DNA of 63,773 nt, filler included, from Chiloscyllium plagiosum (taxonomy: Eukaryota): the NCBI RefSeq assembly GCF_004010195.1. It is 4 parts of one record of this genome, joined end to end, with 100 filler letters (N's around TTAATTAATTAA, not from the genome) between each part and the next. Parts side by side here need not be neighbours in the genome. Positions count along the whole stretch, not along the records: positions 1 to 15,844 come from NC_057711.1; 3 more parts are not named here. One strand, 5' to 3'. The notes beneath the pieces were generated by a model. That model made no database searches, was not told where the DNA came from, and saw only the letters and a list, made by a program, of their open reading frames with translations. Positions 1 to 12,529 of the stretch are shown one piece after another. The position numbers were made by a program, and so were the translations under genes. Numbering within the stretch: position 1 is the stretch's first letter; every line of letters starts with the position of its first letter.

Positions 1-280
1 CGTATGGAGTCAGCTATTACGAGGGGGCATAGCTTTAAATTAAGGGGGTGTAGATATAGGACTGAAGTTAGGGGTAGGTTCTTCACTCAGCGAGTCGTAA
101 GTTCATGGAATGCCCTGCCAGTAGCAGTGGTGGACTCTCCCTCTTTATGGGCATTTAAGCGGGCATTGGATAGGTATATGGAGGATAGTGGGTTAGTATA
201 GGTTAGGTGGGCTTGGATCGGCGCAACATCGAGGGCCGAAGGGCCTGTACTGCGCTGTATTCTTCTATGTTCTATGTTCT
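1..280 (+). mobile_element. CR1 LINE 3' end, same young family as 45356-47068
   Basis: ORF ending FFTQRVVSSWNALPVAVVDSPSLWAFKRALDRYMEDSGLV, identical to the 45440 ORF end; same UTR and ttctatg tail. Confidence 0.95.
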
Positions 281-3200
281 TTGACTGAAGGTACAGTTGC
301 AGGGGCCTGGAGGACCACATCCATTGGACTAAGAAAATGAAGAGATCCAATAAAATGGCGGCCAAGTTGGAAAGAATAGGAGATTTCAGGGTGGTGCCAT
401 ATTATTGTGGGAAGTGACACTAATATTTGAAATCTTATGAAATCTCATGCCTTTGTAAGATCTCGTATTCTATGTCTAACTTATCATGTGTAGTGACTGT
501 GATTTACCTGTTAATTAATGTATATTCAACATTGGTTTTGATTAGTGTTAAAGGAAAAATTACAAAATGTGATATTTTATTGGTAAATTCTTTATTTGGG
601 AGTTATTTGGGGAATTTGACTGTTTTGGTCTGCACTTCTCCTGTGGGCAACATTACAGTGATATAATTTCCTGAGCATTTAATGTCCCATTAAATGTTGG
701 AAGTAATTTAACAATTAAAGAGGTAATTGCTGTTAAACAAAATTAAAATGAATGAACATTTTAAAGAATACAACAATATTACACAACAAGCAGGTTTAAT
801 ATTGCACACTTGACCTTGCTGTACACAGCCTAATAATTATGTCTATGCATATTGAACTGAATTAAATAATAACTATGATCATGTTCTCTTTACATTAAAT
901 ATTTCTGGTAAAAGCAAGATTTTCTTGCATTTGAAAACATTAACTTCTGTGGCTTTTGATTCTTGAAAGTATTGCACAAAAGATCAGATATATTTTAGAT
1001 CAACTTCTTCTGACACATTATGAACTCTGGCTAGAACATAGCTCTGGAGTAGGTTGGAATTGAAAACAAGCCTTCTAGTCCAGAGTACAGACACAATCAC
1101 TGCACCACAAGATGCCTAGAATAAGCAACAAAAACACAAATTCCTGGAGAAATTGAGGTCCAGTGTCCCTTCTTTGGAACTCCTATAATAAGTCTTTATA
1201 CTTGGATTAAACCTGGACCATGGCAGTAGAATTGCTGAATCCTAACCATAAGACCATCAGAGAAATTATACATGTATCATAACCTGTGCTCTCTCTAAAT
1301 CTAACATCAAGTGACAATTCATTACTAATTTAATTCCTGGTACTCCATTTTAAGCAATTGCAAATGGAAAAAGAGAAAATATTATGTCATCACAATCAAC
1401 TGGAAACCTTTCAAGCAGAACTTTAAAGCTTAACCACACATACCAACACATATAAGGACAGCTTCTTCTCCATTGTTATTAGACTTCTAAATGGACCTTT
1501 CAAATTTCAAATCTAATATTGTTCTTGCTTTTTGTGGACCTCTTTGCAGACGTAATTTATATTCCTTGCTCTGTAGAATCACCCTATGATCTTTATATGC
1601 TACAACCTGCCTGTACTGCATGTAAAACAAACACTTAGGTACATGTGACAACAATCAAAGCAAACCAAAGAACATGGAAAATAATTAGTGTGGATAGGTT
1701 CAATTAAAGAATTAGTACCAGCCTCAGGGTAACAATAGGCTTTTTCTAGATTGCCCCTTTGATTGAAGGATCAAATTCAATTGCGAGTTCTAAATATACT
1801 GCAGAACCACAGCATCAATATGTACTTCCTGAGCAGAATGGCATCTGCCTTTCAGACGAGACATGAAACCAGAGTCCCAATGCCTGTACAAGTGTGGATG
1901 CATATGCGAGTTCTTGTTATTCTGTCAACATTCATTCCTGAATTATCACCAAATGGAACAACTGATCAAATCTCATTTGCTACTTACTGGATGTTACAAC
2001 TTGTGCTGAACCTTTGTTTACCTAATCACAGTGACAACATTTCAAAAACTAATTTATTGGCAGTAAAGCCATCCGGTCAATTGAAGGACATGTTTCAAAA
2101 CACAAATTCTTACTTTCTTTCCAAAACACTGTGACAAAAATGAATGCCATTCTTTAAATCTCAAATTTCAAAATGGTTAATTTCTTCTGAAGTTAAGAGA
2201 TTTATTCAAAATTAAGGGAAAATAGTGAGTTTATTAAAATTAGCTTTAAGAAATGCTGGTGTTTAATTGGGTAAATCAACAATGGGAATAGATTTTGAGT
2301 ACAGGAAATACTTTTACATTGGGCTGCATTTGAGTTGATCTGAGTTGTCAGCTTTTTGGGAGTTGTGCCAGTTGATGTAAGTGATCTTGCCAGCTTTTAT
2401 AAATTTTTTAGTTTGGAATTATGCATTTAGGTGGGGAGTGTGAGAGAGAGAGAGACTCTCATTCGACATCGTTCTCTGATCATATCAAGAATAAGATAGC
2501 AGACTAATTATTGAAGAATTCAGGATGGAGCCATGCGGATATTATCTATCATATACAGGACCCCAGGGGAAATTCTTGCTATTTGGCAGCTGCCTAGATG
2601 TATAGGCAAAATCCATCAATGACCAGTCTTCTTGACTAATGCTGCAGTCAACTATTGGTGCTGTGCCTATATGATTCTATGCCGGCTGCTCTAACTGAAT
2701 TGCCTTAGGTTATTTAAGATAATATTTCTGGTCAATTCAGATCTAAGCCAATCACTGAGACAGAAACCTGGACACCTATCTTTGTGAAGAGTATTTATTA
2801 ATTATTCAGTCTTATAACTCTTTCCACACACCAATCCCACCTGTTCCCTCTTTAGAATGTGTTTTTGCACATCATCATTCAATCCTGAATAATGACAGCC
2901 CAGATATAGTTATTTTAATCAACCTGTTCAGGGAGGTTATGACACCCTTCTGGAACAGGTTGCACTTCAACTCAAGACTCCTGGACCAAGAGGTAGGAGT
3001 ACTATCACTCTACTGCAAAAACACAGATCTTTCTTTAGATACACCCAGTCAATTAAATACTGGACGAAGTCCAAGCACTTGCTGAACCATTTGCTATGTT
3101 AACATAGTGCTGTCTTAGCTTCAAACAAACAGTCATGAAGAAAATAATCAAATAATTTTTCCTTGATCTATATCTTGCTTATATACAATACACAAATCAA

Positions 3201-3409
3201 CATTTTTTTCAGATCCCATATAATACAAATTTTCATAATAACCTTTTTAACTCCAAACTAAGAAAAATTAGAACACATCCAATCACACACACAGCTTCCA
3301 AATTTTTCTTCATGTCCTTATTGGTCCTCTTACAACCATCCCTGCCTGTTTGAGGATCTCCAACAGTTGCTTGGAGATGCCATCTTTCTTGTGAAATGCA
3401 CATTTGAAC

Positions 3410-4440
3410 ATATGAATTCAGAGCAGGAGTAGGTCAGTCAGTTTTTTTCTATCTGGTTCGCCATTCAATATGTTCATGTCTGATCTGACTGTGACTTCAA
3501 ATTCGCCTTCCTGCCTAAATCAGTAACGTTTCACTCTATTGTTTATCAAGAATGTGTACCCCCTCCACCGCATCAACAATATTTAAAGATTCTGCATCCA
3601 TCATCTTTTGAGAAGCAGAGTTCCAAAAAACCGCAACCCTCCAAGAAAAATAATTTCTCCTGTCTTAAAGGGTGACCCCATTTTATTAAATTACCAGCAA
3701 TTTTCGACCTTCCCACCAGTGTAAATATTCTTTCCACAATCACCCTGTCTACACACCTCAGGATCTTGCTATATTTCATTCAAGTCACCTCTTATTTCTT
3801 TAAAGTCTCATTAATGCAAGTGTAGCCGTCCAGCCTTTCCTCGTAAGACAATCAGACCAATCCAAGGATTAATTGAGTAAACCTTCTCCTAAACATCTGC
3901 AATATATTTTGGTCCTTCTTTATATCACGAGACCAATCCTGCATACTGTGTGTCAGACACGATCTTACAATACACAGTCTAACTGAAGCATAACATCCCT
4001 TCTATTGTCTTCAATTTCCCTCACAATAAGCTGTACTCTTCTATATTTTTTCCTAGTTACTTGTTGTACTTGTGTATTAATATTCTGGAATTTGAGCACC
4101 GAACCTTTTCTCTACCTCAGACCTCTGCAATCTCTCAAATGGATAATATGCTTTCTTTTCATTCTTCTCGCCAAAATGAACAATTTCACATTTTCCCACA
4201 TTGTATCCCATTTGCCCCATCTTTATTCGCTCACCTAATCTACATATATCCTTTCCACATCTTCCTTGTGTCCTCTTTAAACATACTTTCCTGGCTACCT
4301 ATGCCTCATCCGCAACATTTGAGCAACCCAGTCTTCGGTCCCTTCATCCAAACCATTTTTATAAACTGTTAAAGCATTGAGGCCCAAGCACTGATCCTTG
4401 TGGCTCACCACTTGCTACATATTGCCAACCAGGAAATTAT
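3410..4440 (-). mobile_element. Old CR1 LINE 3' fragment
   Basis: Degenerate similarity, on the reverse strand, to the CR1 3' ends elsewhere in the window. Confidence 0.7.
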
Positions 4441-5214
4441 CCATTTATGCATACATCTTGAATGTCTTCCAGAATCACGGTCCCATGACCAGTCTGTTTA
4501 TCCACTTGTAGAACTCGTTTTGGTCTGCACAGTCAGACAGTACCTCAAATCGATTGCACAGTCTGAATCACTTCCATTATGGTTTGCTTCGTTTGTTCAC
4601 CTGGCTCACTCACAGATGCATTCTCCTATCCCTCACTGCTCATGAAAATACATGCTCTGTTCGAGAGCTATGACCATTTTCTGGAGAAGTATTAAGGAAT
4701 CTCTCCCCCCATTTGAATTTGTACAGTGTCTGCACTTCTGTTTCCAACTCAGTTGTTCTAATCCAGAATTCTTCTAATAGCTTACACTTTCACAGACCAG
4801 TTTGTTCTGGATTGCCTTGCGCTCCCAGATCCACAGCTACAGCATAAAATGTGTTATTGTTACTCATGTTACTTATTTAATTTACTTTAATAGTTTCTTA
4901 ATTAAATTAGATTTGATCAGATAATTTAGAATAATTCCTACGTTAGTAGAGTTTGTTGTGCTTATCAAGTTTAGTGCCATCTATAAGATTATACTTTTCT
5001 TAATTACACAAATGTGTGTCTTAGGTATTTATTTAATTATTTCATTTTACGTTTTGTTTTAGATTTTATTTAAGTTGAAGTACCTAGTTCTCTTCATCCT
5101 TAACTCTGTGCTAAATTAGCTGTTAACACACTGAATTTCACATGAAGCACTTACCAGTCAAGCAACTTACTATCTTACTGTCACGGTCACATGCTTTCTT
5201 ACTCACTTTAAGAT

Positions 5215-5440
5215 TAGATTAGACTACTTAGTGTGGAAACAGGCCCTTTGGCCCAACTAGTCCACACCGACCCTCCGAAAAGCAACCTACCCAGACCCCT
5301 TCACATAATACTTGGGCAATTTAGCATGGCCGATTCACCTAACCTGCACATCTTTGGACTGTGGGAGGAAACCAGAGCACCTGGAGGAAACTCACGCAGA
5401 CACGGGAGAATGTGAAAACTCCACACAGACAGTTTCCTAA
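5215..5440 (-). mobile_element. HE1-like V-SINE
   Basis: Reverse complement of the conserved V domain (tctgcgtg...tttcctcccacagtccaaagatgtgcaggttaggtgaat) with a CR1-like tail. Confidence 0.85.
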
Positions 5441-6084
5441 GTAGTCATCCCCACCACTGGAACTGATCTCAGGAATCTGATCCCTGTTCTTCTATTCTAA
5501 GAATCTGATCCGTTCTCCAATCCCCATGCTGCAATTCAAGGGATCCACTCTCTGCTCTTCCATTCCCAGGATCCAATCCCTTTTCTTCCATCTCCGCAAT
5601 CCTATTCTGCTCTCATGAATCTGACCTCTGCTCTGCCAGTCACTTGCTCCATTCCTGCAGTCCACTCCCAGGTAGGACACCGATGTGCAGTGAGTTCATT
5701 ACATGGACTGTCCAGGTTATGGCAGATGTTATTTTACAGTTTGGTCAATATGTTAGGATTTTTATGAAGCATCTCATTCGTAATAGTGTGATCTCTTTCA
5801 CACAGTCCATTAGTAAAGCAATTTTCTACTGTGGTGTTCATTATCATAATGTTCATTTTATTACTCAAATCCCTAAATACATCATTGGGAAATATCCCCC
5901 CAATTGCCAGTCACAAGCTTAGTCAGTACCCCAGATTAGTTCCTATCCAGTTATTTGTTCATTTGCTTTGAAAGGCTGGTAATGGCATTAATCACCTCCA
6001 GCCTCCCACTTCTCTTGAACCACACTAATTTGCCTATTGAACCAACAGATCCACGTCAGATACCATATTACTTGCCCTTCACTC

Positions 6085-6562
6085 CTCCCTAGAACATCTT
6101 GACACCAAGAACAGCTACGTAAGAATCCTACTCATTGACTACACAATGAGTTCAGCCTTCACAACTATCATCCTCTCAAGATTGATTACTAAGTTTAGTA
6201 ATCTCGAACTAAGCCCCAACGCCGGCAAAACCAACGAACTCATTACTGACTTTCGGTGGGATGTTACTCATGCCCCCCTCACATTATTAGCACAAAGGTG
6301 GAATGAGTGGAGAGTGTCAAGCTCTTGGGAGTGGTCATCCACAACAAGCTTTCTTGGATTCTTCATGTGGACGCACTGGTTACAAAGATCAACAACATCT
6401 CTTCTTCCTCAGGCAGCTGAGAAAATTTGGCATAATGACGAATACCCTATTATTTACATATCTATGCCATTTAACTATGTGATCTGCCTGTATTGCTCAC
6501 AAGACAAAGCTTTTCACTGTGCCTCGGTACAGGTGACAATAAATTCAATTTAATTCAATTCA
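6085..6562 (+). mobile_element. Internally deleted Rex/Babar- or L2-type LINE fragment
   Basis: [15 protein letters not shown]...[14 protein letters not shown] and [10 protein letters not shown] remnants; ends tgacaataaattcaatttaattcaattcaa. Confidence 0.7.
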
Positions 6563-7726
6563 ACTATTCCTGCTTTCTCTTTACTAGTTATTATTGTGGA
6601 TTGACTAAATCCAGTTGCCATGTCAAAATTGATTCTTTTCCTTATCCCAAATCTTCAAACCCAATACTATAATTTTATTGAAGTCTCTTGCTAATGGCAG
6701 TTTCACTACAGGTTGTGATGATATCCTATATATGTTATAAGTATCATACTTATCCTTTTTATATGTTTAGTGTCGTAATTCCTCCATTCTTCGATAGAAT
6801 TTTTAACATGTGAAAGGACAGATGGGCAAAATGTCAATGTTATTTTAAGTTAATTAAGCTTTTGCTCCATTAAACTCCTATCTCCTGATGCCAGTAATAT
6901 CTACGTACCAACCTATGGCACCCGATTCTAGCCCCATCTTACTACATGCCATTCTTGGAACAACAGACTACTCAGCAGATATCTGCTCAAAGACGGATAC
7001 CCCTTGCATTGCAAGCCATGTTTGAAAGGCTGCTGTGCACAATAAGTCAATGACAGTTATACATTCCATGACAGTCTGCTGCACCCAGCTCTCATCTACA
7101 ACTGGGTGTCCTATTCAGCTTGTGGCACTCGACACAGCTGAGCTCTGCTAATTGACAGAGAGAACTTTCTCTCATCAATGTTCTTGTCTTCTTCATGGGA
7201 AGGCTGCATCCATTCTCTCAGTTCCTCAGCATCTTTCACATCGTCTCATTGCCTGACTTAATTGTGCGGAGGAAAGCACACCAGGATAATGCAGCACATT
7301 CTGTCCAAACCGTACTGGACAGCACCCTGAGACTGATCTGAACTGCAGAAGACTTTTCAGGTTTTTTTACATCTGCTCCACTGTGGGCCTGGTCCACAGT
7401 AAGTGCATCAACCTGGCTATGTCAGGTCATTCATCAAAAAAAAGAGTGCCTACTGCTGTCTGACCTCCTGATACATATTAATCATTAAATTCACATTGCA
7501 TTCGACACAGTCCATCTTTGTACTTATATGACAAACAATGAAGTGATGTTCCCTTCATCCCCTTTGAACTTTCACAAGCTCTGGAAAGCTTTTGGCCAGC
7601 ATTTGCCTCATTTTAAGACATTGCCATTAAATTGTACATCACTGAAATTCCCATGTTACAATTTGCATTCACCAACAGCGTGATGCATATTGCCTTTGAC
7701 CAGCATTTGAACACTTAACTCACTCA

Positions 7727-7937
7727 GAGTCTAGGTTAGAGTGGTGCTGGGAAAGCACAGCAGTTCAGGCAGCATCTGAGGAGCAGGAAAATCGACGTTT
7801 CACTTCAGTCCTGATGAAGGGCTTTTGCACGAAACGTCAATTTTCCTGCTCCTCAGATGCTGCCTGACCTGCTGTGCTTTTCCAACACCACTCTAATCTA
7901 GACTCTGGTTTCCAGCATCAGCAGTCCTCACTTTTGC
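7727..7937 (+). mobile_element. Palindromic Penelope-derived short element with hammerhead core
   Basis: About 70-bp inverted arms around ctgatga-agggcttttgcac-gaaacgtc (7811-7838). Confidence 0.8.
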
Positions 7938-8237
7938 TTAACTCACTCACCCTACATGAAAAGGTCACCATAGTCTTACCAGACCAGAAGTGTGCTTTCT
8001 CTTTGGAAAGAGAAGAGCGGTGATGGTTTAACCTGAGGGTCACCAAACCTCAAGTGTGGGGAAAGTTGAGAAGGAGAGTGCTCAGCCAGTGTACAAATTG
8101 AACTCACACATTTAGCATCACTCTGCATCACAAACTAGCGATCCTGCCAACTGAGCTAACTGACCCCTAATGCATTGCAATAGGGCAATGAAATTACTGA
8201 ATAAGAGATGTAGCTGGAGTTTGCAAACTCACCCTTC

Positions 8238-9133
8238 ATGTATTTGCCCCTTTAATGTCCTAACATCCAGGTTACATATATCCTGCACATTTACCCATCA
8301 AACTGACCCTAAGTGTTGTCCCAGCCATTTCCCAATTAGCATCTAGACAACGGGGTAAGTATTAACAGGGAACACAGCACAGCTCCCGTTGCTCCCTACA
8401 GGTCAACCCTTTTACCACACACTCCCCCATTTCTACCATCTATTGCATGTGAACCAAATGTGTTTTATGAGTGCAACACCCATTTAGGCCACCATTTCAT
8501 CTCTCTATTAAAAGAAGCCCCAAATTAAAAAAGTAATAATAAATACTAGAAACAGCAAGGCTGATCTTGTCAGCCTGACCTACAAACGTTCACCTCTACA
8601 AAGGTATAAATTAAAGAAGGCTTAATCATAGAAACCCTACCGTGTGGAAACAGATCATTCAGCCCATCGAGTCCACACCAACCCTCCAAAGAACATCCCA
8701 CCCAGATCTACCTCCTATCTTAATCATAAAAAAGGGTTTCTATGATTAAGCCTTCTTTAATTTATACCTTTGTAGAGGTGAACTTTTGTAGGTCAGGCTG
8801 ACAAGATCAGCCTTGCTGTTTCTAGTATTTATTATTACTTTTTTAATTTGGGGCTTCTTTTAATAGAGAGATGAAATGGTGGCCTAAATGGGTGTTGCAC
8901 TCATAAAACACATTTGGTTCACATGCAATAGATGGTAGAAATGGGGGAGTGTGTGGTAAAAGGGTTGACCTGTAGGGAGCAACGGGAGCTGTGCTGTGTT
9001 CCCTGTTAATACTTGCCCCGTTGTCTAGATGCTAATTGAGAAATGGCTGGGACAACACTTAGGGTCAGTTTGATGGGTAAATGTGCAGGATATATGTAAC
9101 CTGGATGTTAGGACATTAAAGGGGCAAATACAT
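8238..9133. repeat. Long inverted repeat: arms 8238-8638 and 8733-9133 (401 bp each), 94-bp spacer
   Basis: Arms are reverse complements with three mismatches found by eye and no indels. Confidence 0.96.
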
Positions 9134-9849
9134 CTGATTGGGTTGGGATATCTGGTTGGCATGGACGGGTTGGACCAAAGGGTCTGTTTCCATGCTGTAC
9201 ATCTCTATGACTCTATGCAGTGAAATTTTGAATCAGGGATTAAAAAGAACTAACACAAATTTCTGTGTTTCAGGCTATCTCCCAAATATTTGTAATCATG
9301 TCATGGCAATGTTCAGTTTCCACTAGTGAGCACATGCTTCCTCTGAACAAGACCCACAATTGAATGGGAATGAGAGTGGCATACTTAAGGGCTAATATTC
9401 TGCATCTGTTTGCTAAAATAGTCATTTTTATATTATCTACTTTCTTTCAGAAAGTAAACAATATAATTCACAAGGCTTCAGTTCCTGAAAAGAGAATAGA
9501 GATCAAGCTGTATTCAAAATATAACTTCACCAAGGTCTCATACAAGGACAGAATGGTGTATTTTGTTGTGAACTGGCTAGTCCTCTTAACACAATCTTAT
9601 TTGCTTTGACTAGAGCTTCTCAACCTTAGTCAGGAACCTTTAGAATTTTTTTTAAAGTTGCACTTCTAGAGTATTTTTTTCTTCCTCAGCAACTGTCTCC
9701 AGCTTCAACATGTTCCAACCAAGAAAAATTGTTCCTCTCCATCAATGCTGCCTGACCTGCTGAGCTTTTCCAACATTTTTTGTTGTTCTTTCAGATTTCA
9801 AACATCCAGAGTATTTTGCGTTTACTCTTTCTCTTAGAGATGATTTCAT

Positions 9850-12110
9850 TTATGTGTAATGGAAGAGGATTAGTTAGCAACCTTGTAGTGCGAGATCATT
9901 TGGGGAAGAGTGACCATAATATGGTAGAATTCTTTGGTACAGTTCAATCTGAGACTAGGGTCCTGAACCTAAAGAAAGCTACTTTGATGGTATGAGGCAT
10001 GCATTGGCTCGAATAAGCTGGCCAAGGACACTTAAGTGGTTGATGGTGGGTAGGCAATCATAGACACTTAAAGAACACACAGGTGAACTTCAATGATTGT
10101 ACACCCCTGTCTTGTGTAAGAGTAAAACAGGCAAGGTGGCTCAACAAAAGTTGAGAGAACTACAGACGCTGTAAATCAGAAACAACACAGAAATTGCTGG
10201 AAAATCTCAGAAGGTCTGGCAGCATCTGTGGAGAGAAATCAGACTTAACATTTTGGGTCCGGTGACCCTTCCTCAGAAAGTGGTTCAGCCATAGCTAACA
10301 AAGGAAATCAAGAATAGTGGTAAAACCTAAGAGGAGGCATATAAATTAACGAGAAAACACAGCAAACTCGAGGACTGGGAGAAATTTAAAACTCAGCAGA
10401 TGGGAACAAAGAGTTTAATTTGGAAGGGGAAAATAGAATAGGAGAGAAGGCTTGTGAAGGACATAGAAACTGACTGCAAAAGCTTCTTTAGGTCTGAGAA
10501 GAGAAAAAGACTCTTGAAGACCAATGTAGGTCTCTTACAGTTAGAATCAGGTGAATTCATAATGGATGACACAGAAATGGCAGAACAGTTGAACAAATAC
10601 TTTGGATCTGTCTTCACTAAGGAGGGCCCAAATATCCTTCAGGAAATGCTAGGGGACAGAGGGTCAAGCATGGATGAGGAACTGAAGGACATCTAATTAC
10701 TCAGGAAATGGCATAAGGGAAATTGATGGGATTAAAACCTGATACATCCTCAAGGCCTGATGCTGTGTATACCAGAGTACTTAAGAAACTGGCCCTGGAA
10801 TTACTAATGCATTGGTGATCATTTTGCAGCATTCTAAAGATGTTGGAAGAGTTCCAATGGACTGGAGATAGCTAATGTAATTTCACTTTTTAATAAAGGA
10901 GGGAGAGAGAAAAGGGGGAATTACTGGCCAGTTAACCTAACTTCGGTGAGGGGCTGGAGTCAGTTATTAAGGATGTAATAACTGAGTATTTGGAAAATGT
11001 TGACAGGATCAGTCCAAGTCAGCGTGGATTCACAATAGGAAAATCATGCTTGATAAATCTCCTGGAATTTTTGAGGATGTGTGTGGACAAGAGTGAATTA
11101 GTGGATGTTGTGTATCTAGACTTTCAAAAGACTTTGACAAGGTCCCACACAAGAGATTATGAAACAAAATTGAAGCTCATGGCCCTGGAGGTAATGTATT
11201 GATGTGGACAGAGAACTGGTTGGCAGACAGCAAGCAGAGAGTTGGAATGAATGGGTCCTTTTCAGAGTGGGGTACTAGGGGTCAGTGCTGGGACCCCAGC
11301 TGTTCACAATATACATTAACAGTTTGGACAAAGGAATTGAATGAAATATCCAAAAATTTGCAGACAACACTAAAGCTGGGTGGTAGTGTGTGCTTTTAGG
11401 AGGATGCTAAGAGGCTGCAGAGTGACAGACAGGCTGGCGTAGTGCACACACTTGGCAAATGCAATATACTGCGCATAAATGTGAGAATATTCACTTTGGT
11501 AGGAAAAACAAGAAGGCAGTTTAGTATGGTGGCAGTTTAGTTTAATGAGACCTGGGGTGTCATGGTGGAACAGTCACTGAAGGTTGGCAGACAAGTGCAG
11601 CTGGTGGTGAGGAAAGCTAATGGCATGCTGGCCTTCACAGAGGGAGGCCTTCATAGGAGCAGGGATGTTATACAAGGCCTTGGCGATGCTACACCTAGAG
11701 TATTGTGTGCAGTTTTCATCTCAGAGTCTGAGGAAGGACATTCTTGCTATTGATGGAGCTCAGCGAAGGTTCACCAGACAGACGAGAGGCGGGAAGAATG
11801 TTCCCAATGTTGGGTAAGTCAAGAACTAGGAGTCACAGTCTAAGAATAAGGGGTCAGTCATTCAGAACCAAAGAACTTCTTTACTCAGAGAGATGTGAGT
11901 CTGTGGAATTCTCTCTCACAGGAAACTGTTGGGGCTAGTTCATCAGATACATTCAAGCGGGAATTGGACGTGGCTCTTGCAACTAAAGGGATCAAGGGCT
12001 GTGGACAGAAAGCGGGAGTGGGAGGCAGAAATTGCATGATCAGCCATGATCATATTGAATGGTGGTACAGAATGACTGACTCCTGCATCTGTTTTCTTTG
12101 AATCCTACGA
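9850..12110 (+). mobile_element. Degenerate CR1 LINE ORF2, with a nested Penelope-derived repeat at about 10155-10278
   Basis: Fragments HLGKSDHNMVEF, AEQLNKYFGSVFTKE, VDVVYLDFQK, LEYCVQF. Confidence 0.9.
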
Positions 12111-12529
12111 ATGGCCCATATAATGTGCAAGGGTAGTCGGCATCAGTCCTGCTAATGGACATGAATCTGCACTTACTTACTCTATTATCACTATGATATA
12201 TTAGAAAGAATAGGTTAAACCCTTAATCTGCAGAGTCATTGTTCTTCAAATTTGCATTATTTATTTTACCTTTCCAATTTTCTTAAGTGCAAGATGCTTT
12301 GATGAACAGGCTCATTAACATGTTTTATTTTCAGGTGCCAGTGCATACATTGAGTATCTCCAGCATTTCCAGTCCAAGTTTAGGTGACCATATCCTTGGT
12401 TACAATTTCAGCATAAACAGCTAAAAGGTTTCTTATTAAATATCTACTTGTTTTCCAATGACAAATGCTTTAAAATGATTTATATGATTGCCGATAGAGA
12501 GCCATGTTCATGATCAAGTTGAAAGATAT

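Noticed and set aside
6880..7450. Possible Harbinger-like transposon remnant (also about 39800-40320)
   Set aside because: Similarity is too weak to call without a profile search.
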